Both the position numbers and the translations under genes were made by a program. A DNA stretch of 64,000 nucleotides from Perna viridis (Eukaryota). This document shows positions 1 through 15,200 of the stretch, in pieces (positions within the stretch are counted from its first letter, which is position 1; every line of letters starts with the position of its first letter). Below the pieces are notes generated by a model. The model searched no databases and was not told the origin of the DNA. It saw only the letters and a list, made by a program, of their open reading frames with translations. The stretch lies in NCBI GenBank assembly GCA_037379345.1, contig CM074523.1:28178995-28242994 (forward strand). Direction: 5' to 3'.

Positions 1-266
1 TGTCAAAGATTTGGATTTAGTTTACCAATGTTGCTTCTTCCACTGGCTACTACAGGAACTCTGGTTGGTATAATGCACAAGCCATCGATACTCCGGTTAG
101 AATCGTGTGACTTCTTCTTTTCTGATTGGTGCATACGTGATGGTAATGATTTAGTTACACAGAACACTTATATATTTATAGCGTTCTTCTTACTCTATAT
201 TTCCATCATTTTGATTACAAGACATGTATGGGCAGTAAATGGTTACAGACACGGAGAAACAACCAG
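1..266 (+). CDS. chs: Chitin synthase exon (N-terminal TM region, starts before the window)
   Basis: CQRFGFSLPMLLLPL...ITRHVW...; donor AG|GT at 267, phase 2 matches the next exon. Confidence 0.8.
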
Positions 267-3200
267 GTGAGAATAACAAAATTACATATAATTACTAGTT
301 GCAACACAATGTAATAGGCATACATGTACACATGAATCAAGTTTTACACACGTATCTTATTTTTTTAAGATATAACTGAAGAAATCAAGTTAACAGGTAA
401 AACTTAACATTGTTTGCGATGTCACAACGGCACGAGTTCGAGTCCCGCAGAGGGAACAACCAAAAATTTGGATCGCAAATTTGACAGTTCTAACATCGTT
501 GGTAATTTTGCAGATCCTTCTATAAGTTTACGTTATCTTTCCTGTATCAATTTGATCCGATGGAGCAGTGTAGCAAATGGAGTCATCACATTCTGAGACG
601 TTGTATATAGATATATATATACATATATATGTCGCAAGAAATATGTTTTTTGCAGGATTGTAAAATGTTAAATAATATGTTAATGTAACATTCAGTGTTC
701 AAAGGAAATGAACTATATGCATATTTATACGTATGAGATTTGTTATCCCTTCGGATATTTTACCGATCTGTTATATATGTTTCTTTAACGAAACATAACT
801 ATTTTTAATATCATCCTATTAATTAACACTTATGTTGTAACGAGCATTTACATAAATCTTTTTTTTTTTCAGGATTTTCGTTTCTTCATTTTTCTGCGGA
901 GTATTTTTGGACCTATCCCTTTTACAAAACCGACGACGAGTGGATCTGGAATACGACACCATAAATATTAAGGTAAAAATATAAAACATGTATAACATCC
1001 GATGATTTCACTTTTAACTGCTTATACACTACTAATCGAGATTTCTGCCGAGTACAAATATTTACAGAACTTGCAGCAATTTAAACTACACCGAGAAAAT
1101 AGACACACCACAAATTACATGAAAGAACATGGGAAGCAATTCTTTGCATTTCTTTAATTTGAAACTGATTAAATATTCCGCGTTATTACAGCTCTTGAAC
1201 GGTATAGACTACCTATTTAACCTATATACCTGCCCTAGTCTCCATTGTGAATTGTCCATTACCCGTAGAAAATTCCCTTTTCCCCATAGAATCATCATTG
1301 TATTTGTTTTATCAACTATTTAAGTTTTCTAGTTGAATTTTATATCTCTAAATTCGTCAACATTTCAACTGTTCTAACTTATTTAAAAATTTTTCATAAG
1401 AATAGATACTTTAAAATATACTTTCACCATCCTCCATACACTAATTCAACTTACCCACCCCATTCTCCCGTCTCCCCATTCACAATCTTCATGTACCATA
1501 AAAATGTACTAGAGTTTGCTTTGAAGCTTTTTTTCACATAATTCATTAAGTACTATGTTACGTATCAAGTTGAGTAAGTTTGAATGACGCGATTTGTTTC
1601 TTATAACTAATTATCGCTGAAATAAACGTTATTGTTTCTGAGTTAAATACACGTCCACTTATTCATGTTTCAACCAATTGTGACGATCGATTTAAACACA
1701 GTTACCATAACTTGATATAGGCAAAAGGGGATGGAGGATCTTGCGAGAGAAACTGCAGTGGAAAAAAACGAAAGACATTGTATGCATGTTGTGCCACGAT
1801 GTGGCATGAAACAGCAAATGAAATGACACAACTTCTCAAGTCAATATTCAGGTAACACACTTTTGAAATAATGTTTAAAGCAAGTCTTAACCAAGTCAGT
1901 TTAAAATCACATGAAAAGGAATCGCATGTAATTGTGTTAAAGAAGCTGATGATGAATCAAGAATCCTCTAAAAATGATGCCATTTTTTAATTGATAAATG
2001 TCAAATATTTCAACACAAGTGCTACAATACAAATGCACATGTGTCGCTGTAGCCTTGACCTGGTTTTCATTCAGCAAGATATATATGATAATCCTTGTAT
2101 ATACAACATTGTTTGTCTGCAACTTATAACAACTTTTAACCTTTTGCAATCGAATACTTCAATATATATATTTTTTGTAATTTTTTTCTAATGCAGAGGT
2201 GCTTGTATATAAAGCATTTTCTGATATTCAAGGCTGATTTCATAATTTATACTTCAATCATCTTTACTGATGTCTTCTATTTTCATTTACTGGTGTATAA
2301 TTTAGGCTGGATATGAAACAATACACCAACAATCTTAAAGCAGAGGCCACTGGCAAAAGCAGTGACGTAGAGACTTTTGATTTGGAGGGTAATTCTTTTT
2401 TTTTAATATAAATGTTCAAATTATAACTTATTATAAAAACTATTTTATCCTAGTTCAGTTTTTATGAAAACATTTTGAGAGTTTTGACGATATTTTTCTC
2501 CTTTAAAGGAGATCTTAATGACATAAGGCTTTTGTAAAACGGAATAAACAAAAAGAAAGTCTGTATAAAAAGAGACAATATCAGGGTCAAGATGGGGAAG
2601 TTGGAAGCCACTGCAATGGTCCTGGTAAAGGTATTTCCGATAATAAAAATAAATTTGGACGTATTGATACTTTCTAACAAGTTTTATAAAAAATATCTTG
2701 AGCGGTCATGATTTGCTTAATTACTACTGCTTGCCATTCCAATTGTTGAAACTGCCTTAGGTACTCAAGTACAAAAAATACTACTTTTATATATTGTAAA
2801 CTTCGATATGCTGTACACGTTTTTAATTATGATCGTGTATTGATTTTGAATGCACCAAACTTTGAAAAAAATATAATCAATCATACATTTTATCATTTAA
2901 GCTCACGTTTTCTTTGACGACGCATTTGATCCGATTCCAGATGGCGAAAAATATCCAGATGTAAATTCATATGTCAAAACTTTTATCGAGGTTATGAATA
3001 TTGCTGGAAGGTAATTCTATATTTTCACTGGACAACGATAGTTTCTCAGTCTGCTGTTAAGAATCTAAAAGATAAAAAGAATATTATTTGACTCTAGCTT
3101 GTTGAGAATTTAATTTTTTAAATCAGCTCTGTCTACTAAATTAATGTAATAGACCCAGGGTAAGGGAGGTAATACAAATTGAAAGAATTTTAGTCCCTAT

Positions 3201-6200
3201 AACGTTTGAAAGACTCCTAATATGCAAGCTTCAAAGTAATGTTGATGTTAATACGAAATAACTCCAAGAAAGGGTTCAACTTCTAGAACAAAGATGCCAG
3301 CCCCAGCAACTCTGCTTTTTTGAAGTATATATTTAATGTTTCTAGTGGGTGCATTGAGAAATATATTTTTATAAGCTGGGATAACGTTTGAAAAGATGCA
3401 TTCTACTGCAAGCCAAGATTCTTATAGATGAAATATCCAAATTTAAATATGAAAATAATCTCTGCCAAAAGACTAGACGGCTACCCATTAACCTTGCCAG
3501 TTTTATAACTCCCTAACATTTACGAGTAAATAAAATATATTTCTATATAATACCTTATCATATTTTAAGCATTCTGTTTAATTCTGTTGCTTTGTTCCGC
3601 ATATGACTCTATCCAGCATTGAACTAAGTTTAGCATATAAGTTTGTCCCTTCATGCAGAAGTATTAATATTTGCGTGACATTAATTTGCCACAATAGTTG
3701 ACTTAATCTCTGCCTGGCAATTCTCTTTCATCAATATGTCATCATAGTTTAATATTCGGTAACCTTATTGAATATTAACATGATTTTAGTCATAATGATT
3801 AATTATTAAAACAATATTTCAATACCTTACCCTACAATCATTAAAACATTAAAAACACTACACCGTGAACTTTTCTGAAAATGTGTTTATTGATTTGCAC
3901 ATGAATAGTCCCTATAATATACATTTTGTACGAAAATTGAGTTATGGACTTTCTCACAGAGTTGAGGTTTTTATATGAACAAATAGCTAAAAATTACCCC
4001 CTTTTTGTAACTTTGGTAAATAAAAAGTCTTGTATTTTTTTTACAAAATGGAAAAAATAAAATTTCATGTTAAATCTGAAATATCAATCCATTTAAAGTG
4101 AATTTTATTTCATATTTAATATGCAGTTGTTCTTTTAAATATATTGTCAAAAAGTCCCTAAAATACAAGATGTAGTTCAGTTTGGCCAATGATTCAGAAT
4201 TTTGAAAATAGCAGTAGTTTAGTCTTCATTATTCAAATTTCCCACGGTTAATTTCCTTTAAAATTTGCTAATTGATGCCCACAGTTAGTGTGATATCATG
4301 AACAAATTCAAAGAAAATTGAATTATGGAAAAATTAATTTTGGGGGTACCCAAGGTCTACTACCTTAGGTTATTCACGTTGCATAAGATAAGATTCCTTC
4401 GTTAAGACGTGTCTTAGACGTTTGAAGTATTCACAGAGCACTTCTTTCCATTATCATATTCAATATAGCATAGCGAATTCAATTGTGTCCCTGTATATTT
4501 GACTACCCGATTATTTCATCACATTTATTTTAACCCCTCATGGGATTTTGATACAACTGCAAAGGTATTATATAAAGATATGCATAGAGCGAGATGATAC
4601 AACGCAATGTTTATATTCAAGAAATTAATACTTTGCAATTCTTTGCGCGAATCCTACTAAATCGCTCAGTGTATTTATATGAATTCTGACGCATAGGAGG
4701 GATATGCCTTATATGTACAATTCAATGAGGACATTTTTTCGAATTCAAAGTAACACGAACTTATGAATTTTACATGTACAATATTTACAACAACAAGACT
4801 TAATGAACAGTAAAATATATTGTAATGAAATATAAACAGGAGAACAATGCATCATCTGTAGATCTGCATGAAGAATAATATTAGCAGATCACTCAAATGG
4901 AGATGTTAAATGACAGGGGTTTAACATGTATAATCTTCAACTTCTGAAAGGATACTGGTGAAATTTTGAAAGATAGTTAAGATGATATGAGCTAATGTGC
5001 GTGACGGAATATTCTTTTTCAATAGCTTCTCATGCAAAATATTTTTTCGTCGGGTATAACGTAAGTAGTACACTTCTCGGAAAAGCGAAAAGGATGGTGA
5101 TTTTCTCTATAAAAAACAAATAGAGGATGAGGATTAAATTCCGATAGAACTTTTATTGAAGATTAAATTCTGGTATATACGTGATAAGAATAAATTCCTA
5201 TTTCACATTTAAACAATGGCTTGACATTTGGATTTGCATGCACTAGAACCGTTCAAAGTTATTGGTGAAACAAATCTCTTGCGAAATCCTGGGAACAGTA
5301 TTTAAAACGGTTCGAGTATTACGCAAAAGCAACCGGAGTGTCTAAAGATGAACAGAAAAGAGCTGTTACTACATATAGCTGGACATGAAGTACAAGACAT
5401 TTTCGAAACATTTACCGATCCGGGAACTAAATATGATCAAGCTGTTACGGCACTGAACAATTATCATGAACCAAAGAAACATATACAGTTTGAGAGACAT
5501 ATGTTCAGGAAAGCTAAGCAACACGACATAGAAACAATAGATGATTTTATTGTGAGAATTTCAAAACTCTGTATCGTTGGTGACTTTAGGCCAGACCAAC
5601 GTGAAGATATGATTCGAGACCCAATTGTTGATGGGTGTAAATCAACCGAATTAAGAAAGAAGCTTCTAGCAGCGCAAGATCTAACGTTAGAAAAAGTTCA
5701 GAGACTTTACAGAACATTTGAATTAGCTGTAACACACTCCGAGAAGATGGAAAATAGCAACAAAGCCGAGCCGTGTATAGAAGATCCAGAAATAAACAAC
5801 ATCAGACAAAAACCGAAGCAATTCAAACAATTCAAGAGATTGCAGAATATCTCGAAATATTACATGTCGTAAATGTGGAAAAAATCTGACATTTTGCAAA
5901 ACTGTGCAAGACAAAATCAACAAAAAATGTTCATGCGATCAAGGACGAAGAATTTGAAATATTTACATTGAATGGAAAAAACAATGCTGTCGTTCCGGTT
6001 TCTATTTAAGGTAAAGTTGTCGATTTTCTCATTGATTCCGGGGCTTCTATCAACGTAATAGACAGACAAAAAACATTTGAAAAGTTAAAGGTACCAAAAT
6101 CTCAGAAGTGTGCAGTCAATGTATTTCCGTACGGTAGCAAAACACCTTTAGAAATGTTTGGCAAGATTAAATTGAGCATGACATTCAAAGATAACAGGCC

Positions 6201-9200
6201 TGATGTAGAATTTCACATAATTAACGGAGATGGAAGGCTGTTAATTGGCTATAAAACTGTTACTGGTTTAGGATTGCTCCACATCGAAATGTTAAATAGT
6301 GTCAACAACCTTTCTAACTCCAACACAGACACGATAATCAGTTCATTTGAAGACAGATTCGTAGGTCTTGGTAAACTTAAAGACTTCAAATTGAAATTGC
6401 ACATAGACAAATCAATAAAACCTGTTGCTCAGTCAGTACGAAAAATTCCGTTTAAAATGAGAAAACAAGTAGAAATAAAAATAAAAGAACTGGAGAATTC
6501 CGACGTTATAGAGAAAGTCAGTCGTCCGACTCCATGGGTTTCAGGCTTGGTAGTAGTGCCTAAGAAAAACAATGAAGTCCGTCTGTGCGTAGACATGCGA
6601 CAAGCAAACGTAGCTGTTCAGAGAGAACGTTTTCCGATTCCAAATTTAGAGGATGTTCTGCAACAAATGAATGGATCTGCGATATTTTCTCGACTAGATC
6701 TAAACCAATCTTTTCATCAGATAGAATCAGAAGAATAGCGTTATATCAACACATTCGTATGTCCCAAAGGCCTGTACAGATACAAGAGACTAATGTTTGG
6801 AATTAAGTCCACACCCGCGTTACACCAACGTGTTATTGAGCAGACAATACAAGACATACCAGGTTGTAAAAATATTGCCGACGATATAATTATCTATGCG
6901 CAAAACCAAGAGGAACATGATAAAACACTTCGTGCATTGCTTACCCGACTCCGTGAAAAGAATCTAACCTTGAACCGAGGCAAATGCGAGTTCAACAAAA
7001 CACAATTGAACTTCATGAGACATTTATTATCAAAGGATGGTGTCCAACCTGATACAAACAAGATCGAAGCAGTGCGTAATTTCGAGATGCCAACGACACC
7101 AGCAAGTGTCAAATTTTTCTTGGGATTAGTTAATTTTTGTGCTAAACATATTCCAAATTTCGCAACTATTGCAGAACCGCTTCGCAAGTTGACAAGAAAA
7201 GAAGTTGAATGGCACTGGACTGCCGAACAACAAACAGCATTTGAAACACTAAAACAATTACTTACAAGTGCCGAAGTAATGGCATACTACAACCAAAATG
7301 CCGAAACAAGTATCATCGTGGATGCGTCTCGTTTTGGTATAGGATCATTCTTAACACAAAAACAAACCAATAGTGACTATAGGCCAGTGGCCTACCCAAG
7401 TCGAACATTAAGCCCGGTCGAAAGAAGGTATTCACAAACAGAGCGTGAGGCTCTAGGAGTTTACTGGGGAATCTGTCGTTTCAATATGTATTTGTATGGA
7501 ATGGATTTTACCGTATTTACTGACCACAAACATTTAAAACGAATTTTTACCGCAGCACATAAAGCGCCGCCACGCATTAAAAATGGGTTCTAAACCTAAA
7601 AAATCACAGGTTCACAGTGAAATACCGACCTGGATATTTAAATGCGGCTGATATATTGTCACGTTAGCCAATGGAAAGCAGTGTAGGAGATGATAGTGAT
7701 GAAACAGAAAATTATCTTAATTATATTGCAGTCAGTGTATGTCCGAAAACGATGACTTTGAAAGAAATTGAAAATGCATCCGCACGAGACAAAACAATGA
7801 ATCAAATTCGAAATTGTGTCTAAACAAGGACAGATGAAGCCATTTTATCTTGAAAGAACTCTATAATCCTCAAAGTGGTAAAAATAGTGATCCCAAGTAA
7901 TCAGCGAAAACACGTTCTTAGTCTTGCTCACGAATCGCATCAGGGAGTAGTTAAAACAAAGCAGTTACTACGTGAAAAAGTTTGGTGGCCATATATTGAC
8001 TCCGATGTAGAATCATGCAAAATTGCCATGCTTGCCAATTAGTATCAAATACGCCTCGACCGCCAACTGTTACAATGACAGAGTTACCTGACGGTCTTTG
8101 GGAAAAATTAGTTATCGATTTAAGCGGTCCGTATTCAAACAACGAATATCTGTAAGTAGTAATCGATTACTATTCGAGATTTCCCGAGGTTGACATTATC
8201 AAGTCGACTTCGAGTGCTACAATCATTAACAAATTGCGCCGAATGTTTTCAGTCCATGGATTATGTTTCTGATAATGGCAGTCAATTCGTGTCGGACGAA
8301 TTTAAAGCGTTTCTTAATGAACGAGATGCTAAAAAGAAAGCTCCCGGGAAACACTGTGCCGATAAGACAAAAGCAAAGAACTACCAGATATTTCTTGAAG
8401 AACAAAATGTAATTCTTACAAAGAGAGGTGGAGATAAACTTTCGGCAATGTATGAACATAAAGTATACATAGTTGTAAAGCAAAGTGGAACAAGTGTCCA
8501 TGTGAGGTCAGATAACGGTCAAACTTTCTATAGAAACGTCTTGCATCTCAGACCGCATTACGGACAATTTACAAATAGACAAAATCGGGACGGCTATTCC
8601 GTTAATGATCGAACACGAAGAGATAAGAAGAAACCTCGACGATTTAATGACTTCGTTTCGCTTAATACACATTTATGTCTAAGTCTGTATTATGTATCTT
8701 TAGTTATAGATTAACTTTGTAAATACAACACAAACTAGTTTCAAAACTCTTTTTTTTAGCTTTGTTCATCAGCGACAAATTATATTGAGTGACGGAGACA
8801 TGTACAGAACTCCATACGGGGCTCGCATCACGTGGAAGCTCCCGGGAGGCAATCTTCTGTGTGTTCATCTTAAAAATAAAAACAAAATACGTCATAAGAA
8901 ACGTTGGAGTCAGGTAATTTAGCATGAACATCAAAATAAACAAATACATTAAAGTTTTATTTTTTAGTACTTATACTATGTTTAGTGCATTAGACTTACT
9001 TCATAGATTTCTGTTTGTACTTAACTAATGGAAATCTCGAAAAATCGTTATGGTCACATTATTAGGGCAAACACAGAATTAATTTCGAATTGCGATAAAT
9101 ACCCCTGATTTTTGAATTTATTACTTAACTTCAATGAAAATTGAAGGAGATTTCAAGACTAGATATAATACTCTTTTTGGGAATAGAGCAATGGTTGTAC

Positions 9201-12200
9201 ATCTCACGCATTTCTATTGTATGCTATATAAGGTTATGTTAATTTTAAACAGAAAGCAATAAAAAGGATCATTATAGATAATGTATGAACATTTTTGTCT
9301 AAAGTACTATACTTTTTGTATAAACAAACACCTGTCATCAAACCAATCATACGGGTGTCCTAGATTGTTGCAATACAGCAATAACACTTTAGCATGTAAA
9401 TGAATCCCGTGTACGGAATATAGTCCACTCTGGGAATTTATTTTGGATGACCATAACTACAATAGGAATTATGTAATTTATATTTTAGGTTATGTATATG
9501 TTTTACATCTTGAAGTGGAAGTTATGGAAACAATATGGCGAATCTGGCATTCAGGAAGCAGCTGAAAACACGTATCTTTTGGCGTTGGATGGAGATGTTG
9601 ACTTTGAACCAGAGGCCGTTCTCAGCTTAATGAGACGAATGAATAAATCCCGAATCGTTGGAGCTGCATGTGGAAGAATTCATCCAATTGGTTCCGGTAA
9701 ATCCAGTGATAACACTGTTTAAAATTTACAATACATAAAATTAGCATTTTTTGTATTTAAGAAGCACTGGGTCGATACCGCTGCTGGTGGACCTGAAGTC
9801 ACCAACCCAGTAGTCAGACTTGTCTGAGGCCGAATTATTTCGTATTCTATCTATATTTTTTATGAAATCTTGCAGTATTCTAAATTTAAAAATACCTAAA
9901 CCACTGAGGCTTCATTCTTTGCATTGCATATGATAGAACATCACTAGAAAATTGCAAAACATTGATTCCATGTTAAAATTAAATGATTGTAACATAACTA
10001 GTGCTACTTTAAACAATAAAAACAAAATATGAAATGTTATAAATTATACAGGACCAATGGTTTGGTATCAACAATTTGAATATGCCGTCAGTCATTGGTT
10101 ACAGAAAGCTACGGAACATGTGATTGGCTGCGTATTGTGTAGTCCTGGATGTTTCAGTTTGTTCCGTGGATCAGCCATACTAAACCATAAAGTGTTACAA
10201 ACGTATACAACTGTAGCCACGGAAGCTCAACATTTTGTTCAGTACGACCAAGGTGAAATGTTAATTGATGTGTATGGGAAAGTGCATGTTAAAGTTGCAT
10301 TACTATTTCTAAATTATTTCTAAGTTTCGAAATTGGTACTTTGTACTTTGTATACGTAATAAATAGCTCTTTTGAAGACTCTAAAATTCAACAAACCCTT
10401 TGTCTTGAGACTTCTATTTGGTTTCCCGCACGTATGGTATTTAAACACACGCAAAACGGTCAGCAAACGGACAATAATCGATGCACGAACGCACAATTGG
10501 AAAAGTTAGACGTTTTAGAAGTAGTGTATTGTGTATTCATTAAAAAAATATGTATATCAGTGTCTTTTTAACACAGGTGAAGATAGATGGTTATGCACGT
10601 TACTTCTAAAGCAAGGATGGAAGGTTGAGTACTGTGCAGAATCAGACGCGTACACTTTTGCTCCGGAAGGATTTTACGAGTTCTTCAATCAGAGACGTAG
10701 ATGGACTCCTTCAACCATGGCAAATATCCTCGACCTTATCGTTGATTGGAAAAATGTGACAAAAAACAACGAAAATATTTCTTTCCCCTACATTGTATAT
10801 CAAGTGTTTTTATTCGTATCAACCTTGATCACTCCAGGGACGATTTTTATGTTAATACTTGGTGCTATAATAATAGGATTTGAGGTTATTCCTCCTTGGG
10901 TGGCATTGATCCTTAACCTCATCCCCGTTGGAGTGTTTCTCCTGATGACATTATATGCATCTACCCAGCGTCAGGTACACAAAATTGGGTATATAGGTCA
11001 AATTAAAACATATTGTTTAAAAAAGATTAGAAACGCAAAATTGCATCGATTACATCAAATCTGTTTTTGAAAGAGTAATTAAGGGAACCAAAGTTATAGC
11101 GGTAATCAAAAGAATGTAATCCAGGGACAAAGACCAGACATGGAAAACAGACATTCACAACAAAGAACATAAAGTAACTAAAATGATACATACAAAGTAA
11201 CAAAAGTAAATGAGCAACTCGGACCAGGTACACCGGTAGGGTAAGCGTCCTCTGCTTTTCTAGAAACACCCGCCGAGCTGCTCATAAAAAGTCAAGTCCG
11301 GGGTAGACAAACGAGGAAAGGAAAATACAGTAGAAATACAGTAGAAGAATAACATGTTTAAATTGATTTGTTCACTCTAAAAGGCAAATTTGGACAACCA
11401 AAGTTAAATAATTATTTCAAACAGTTACATAAATTGGAAAGTTATACAACAAAATAACACAAGTTTCTACCAGATAGTAAGCATGCACCAGGATATCATT
11501 TATGATCACATCTTCTCAATCGTTTATTTGTAAGAGGACGAATGTGCTAGGAGTTCATGTACCTTATTACAACATGTTATTTTGTGTTAAATCTATAAAT
11601 ATGAATGACATCACAAATCAGTGAACATAAAGTTTAATTTGACTTTTTATAGTTTCACTCACTGTTTGACTAGATAAAACAATATAGATAAGTTAAGAAA
11701 TATATGTTACTAAAATGTTTTTACAGCTTTATTATATTTTCAGCTTCAATATGCCGCCATTCTGTCGTCGATTTACGTCATAGTTATGGTTGTTGTGTTG
11801 ATTGGTGTAGTCAAGGATGCCGTGTCGGAAGGTTTATGTTCTATGACATCTATCTTTCTGATATTTGTCGCTGGTGTCTTTGTTATAGCGGCCTTAGTAC
11901 ATCCCAAAGTATGCATAATACAAATGTGTAAAACATGCTAAAAATAAGAAAGTATTTCAGTTGTGACCACTCACTAGCGTGCTGGAATGTCTTTGTGTTT
12001 TTTCCAATCCATTTAATCCGAGCATTGTGCATAAACGTCATGAATTATTTTGTTTTACCCATTATGTTGTCATTCGTTTGTCCGTTTCATTTATAGAAAA
12101 AATTGGTTAAGGTACACTTTGGCGAAATGGGCCCCCGTTTTCCGTGAAATTTGATGTTTAAATCAGATCAGAGCATTGACTGGCTGAACAAAAGTATCAA

Positions 12201-15200
12201 AATAGCTGGGTTTACCAGGGGATGAATTATGTTCTTTGTTTGTGTCATTTAACCAATTTATGTTTATAAAAAAATACTCAAGGGTTGTTTATATACAGAC
12301 TCTGATAAATACCTAAAACATTATTATACTTGACACGTAAGTTGTTTTATGTATGTAAGTTCACCAAAATGTTTCACGTATACCTAGAAATCATCTATGT
12401 TTTAAGGACTTTATCCTTGAAATATCTTATTTTTTTCAGGAAATATTATGCATAATGCCTGGCCTATTGTACTTCCTCGCCATTCCTTCAATGTCTATGT
12501 TAATGTTCTTATATTCCATTGGGAATCTGCATAACGTGTCATGGGGAACAAGGGAGACAAAACAGGCATCATCTGAACCAAAATCTAAAGAGAAGAAACA
12601 TGTTCCTGAGAAAGAAGAAAAAGGATATTTTTGCACGTTTGGAAGCTTTCTTGGGTAGGTTGTCTTTCAAGGTGTTTGAACAAATTATGGTTATGATTAA
12701 TCAATTACAATTTATAGCGAGCCCCGCGAAGCAGTTTGAGCTCTACGGTAATTACATATACTACTTAATTTTTCTGAAGGTTTCTTAAGGTTATCCGATG
12801 TACTAACGAAAAAAAGTCTTTGAAGTAATAAAACAGTCACGGTCCTTACGGAAAAGATTCATCGCTTCCTTAAATCAAACAAATAAACATATATAGGTTA
12901 AGATTACGTTTCAGTAAAAATAAATTCATCCTTTCTGATAGTTTCGATTTTTTTCTTCATTTTGTTTTTTTTTCTTATTAGAAGGAGTGGATATTGTATT
13001 TTTACAAAGTTCGGGAAAGACGTGGATGTACGTACTTGTATCTCCACTTTTCCATTCTTGCTGTTGTCAAGAACCTTACACGCAATGGACAAAAATGTAA
13101 CCCCATTTGTAATATCCAAATTCCTTTATTATTTTTACTAGTCACGCACAGACGGTACATTTATGGTAAAGCTCATGATGTTCGCTGATTTAGGCAATGC
13201 CTACTCAATTAATCGACGTTTTACATATGCACCCGACTGTTCTGAGTATATAGGAATTAAGAGTTTGGTGATACATCCATTCAATGAATTGAAACATCTC
13301 TTGGTATTAATCTTTTACAGCTTTTTAGGATAATATAAATATTTCCAATTCTCTATTCGCAGAAGACAACCTCATAAATCAACATATTATCACATTATTA
13401 ACATAAATTTCATATTTTTATACCGATTTGTCAGCCTCATAATTTACAATTTCTATCTAATAATCCATTATGGCTCCGCCGCATTCTTCATGCAATTTAT
13501 ATGGGGAAAGTTAACCGCATATATCAAGCATAGCATTAAGCGTTAGATAATTGAAACTCTTCGCACAATTGCTCCTGCGTGTATTGAAAAAAGCGAAGAA
13601 CTGCACACCTTGTTATTGAATACTATGACACCATGTTCTTCACCTTTAAAGGGTTTGTATGCTTTTCTTTGACAGATGCATATTCTGTCCTACTAATACG
13701 TACAGCAAAGACGATTTTCTCTATAAAAATATGATGAATCAAGTACAATATATGGGGAAGAAAGGAGCAGATGACAATGGTAAATGAAATTCGATAAATC
13801 AGGCAAATTTGACAAATAAATTGACGGTTATTATTCGAACAACCTGACTGCATAGGAACACATTCATAATATCCGTCTAACTTATGTCTCACTATATCGT
13901 CAATTTATTTCTTTCTCCAAAAAATTGTATTCAAAACATGCTTGGATGCACATTATGGCTATTCAAAGGATATCGATTTAGAAGTCTTACAAATTCATTT
14001 GAAAATGTCCTTTTGTTGACCAGTAACGAGTAAAAATAATGATGTAGTTGTAAAAATATTTATTCTGCAAAAAAAAAAAAAAACAAAACAATTAAGCGGA
14101 TATATTCGGCGGAGAGTACACTAAACTGCATTAGATGTTACTACATACAATACTCACAGCTTGGCGTGTTCCGACCGGGTACTTGTTTACAATCGTATCC
14201 AAAACAGATTTAATAGTCCCAAAACTGAGGTATTTCGTCCTGATCAAGAAACTGTTAGCTTCATTGTAATGCTTGTCTAATTATTTAGAATTGTATTTTT
14301 TAGCCATTACAATTAAGATTATCTATAAATTCAAAACATGACCTTCTTCACATGTTCGCTATTTGGATTTGTTTCCCAGGTAATCAGCCTATAGAAGACA
14401 ATAAGGGTAAAATCGATGATCAAGATAAGATAGGCGAAGAAAACGAGGAAGACAAACAGCCCAAATATAAGAAACAAAAGAAGAAACAAAAAATGAAGAA
14501 AACGAAACGTGACCCGTATGAGGAATATCATCTTTATGTGGATAAAAACTTGCAGTCTATATCAGATGAAGAGACAAGGTTTTGGAAAAAAATCATTCGA
14601 AAATATCTGAAACCGTTAGAAGAGGACGCCGACAAGAAAAAGAAAGTTGAAGAAGATCTTATTGACCTTCGGAATAGGGTTTCTTTGTTTGTATATCTAC
14701 TAAATGCTATTTTGGTAACAATAATGTTCGGTCTTACTCAAGTAAATGCGTTTGCAGATACTCTATCATTTCAGTTTAAATGCTTTGACGGTAAAGATGT
14801 TCAGGTTGTTCCGATAGCAATGCTTTTCTCTGCTGTGTTTGGACTCCTACTATTGATCCAGTTTATAGGAATGTTGTATCATAGGTTCTCAACACTTATT
14901 CATATATTAGCCAGCACCAATATCTTCGAAACCGCTGAAAGTCGTGAATCAAAACTTGATGATCAGTTTGTCGAGTTATTGATATCACCAGAAGAGCCAA
15001 AGCCTGTACCACCTCAATCAAATCTGGTATCCGACAAAAACCGGAAACAGTTGGATAAGAACAGAACGATAATGGCGGACAAACAAAAAAGTTTTGTTCA
15101 TTTAAATGATGTTGTACGAGCAAACACAGTAAGGATGACAATGCTACAAGGGACACTTTACAAAAAGCACAACGATATTGCTAATAAAATTCTTTTGAAA

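Noticed and set aside
430-450. tRNA gene
   Set aside because: Only a B-box-like word is present; no cloverleaf can be built.
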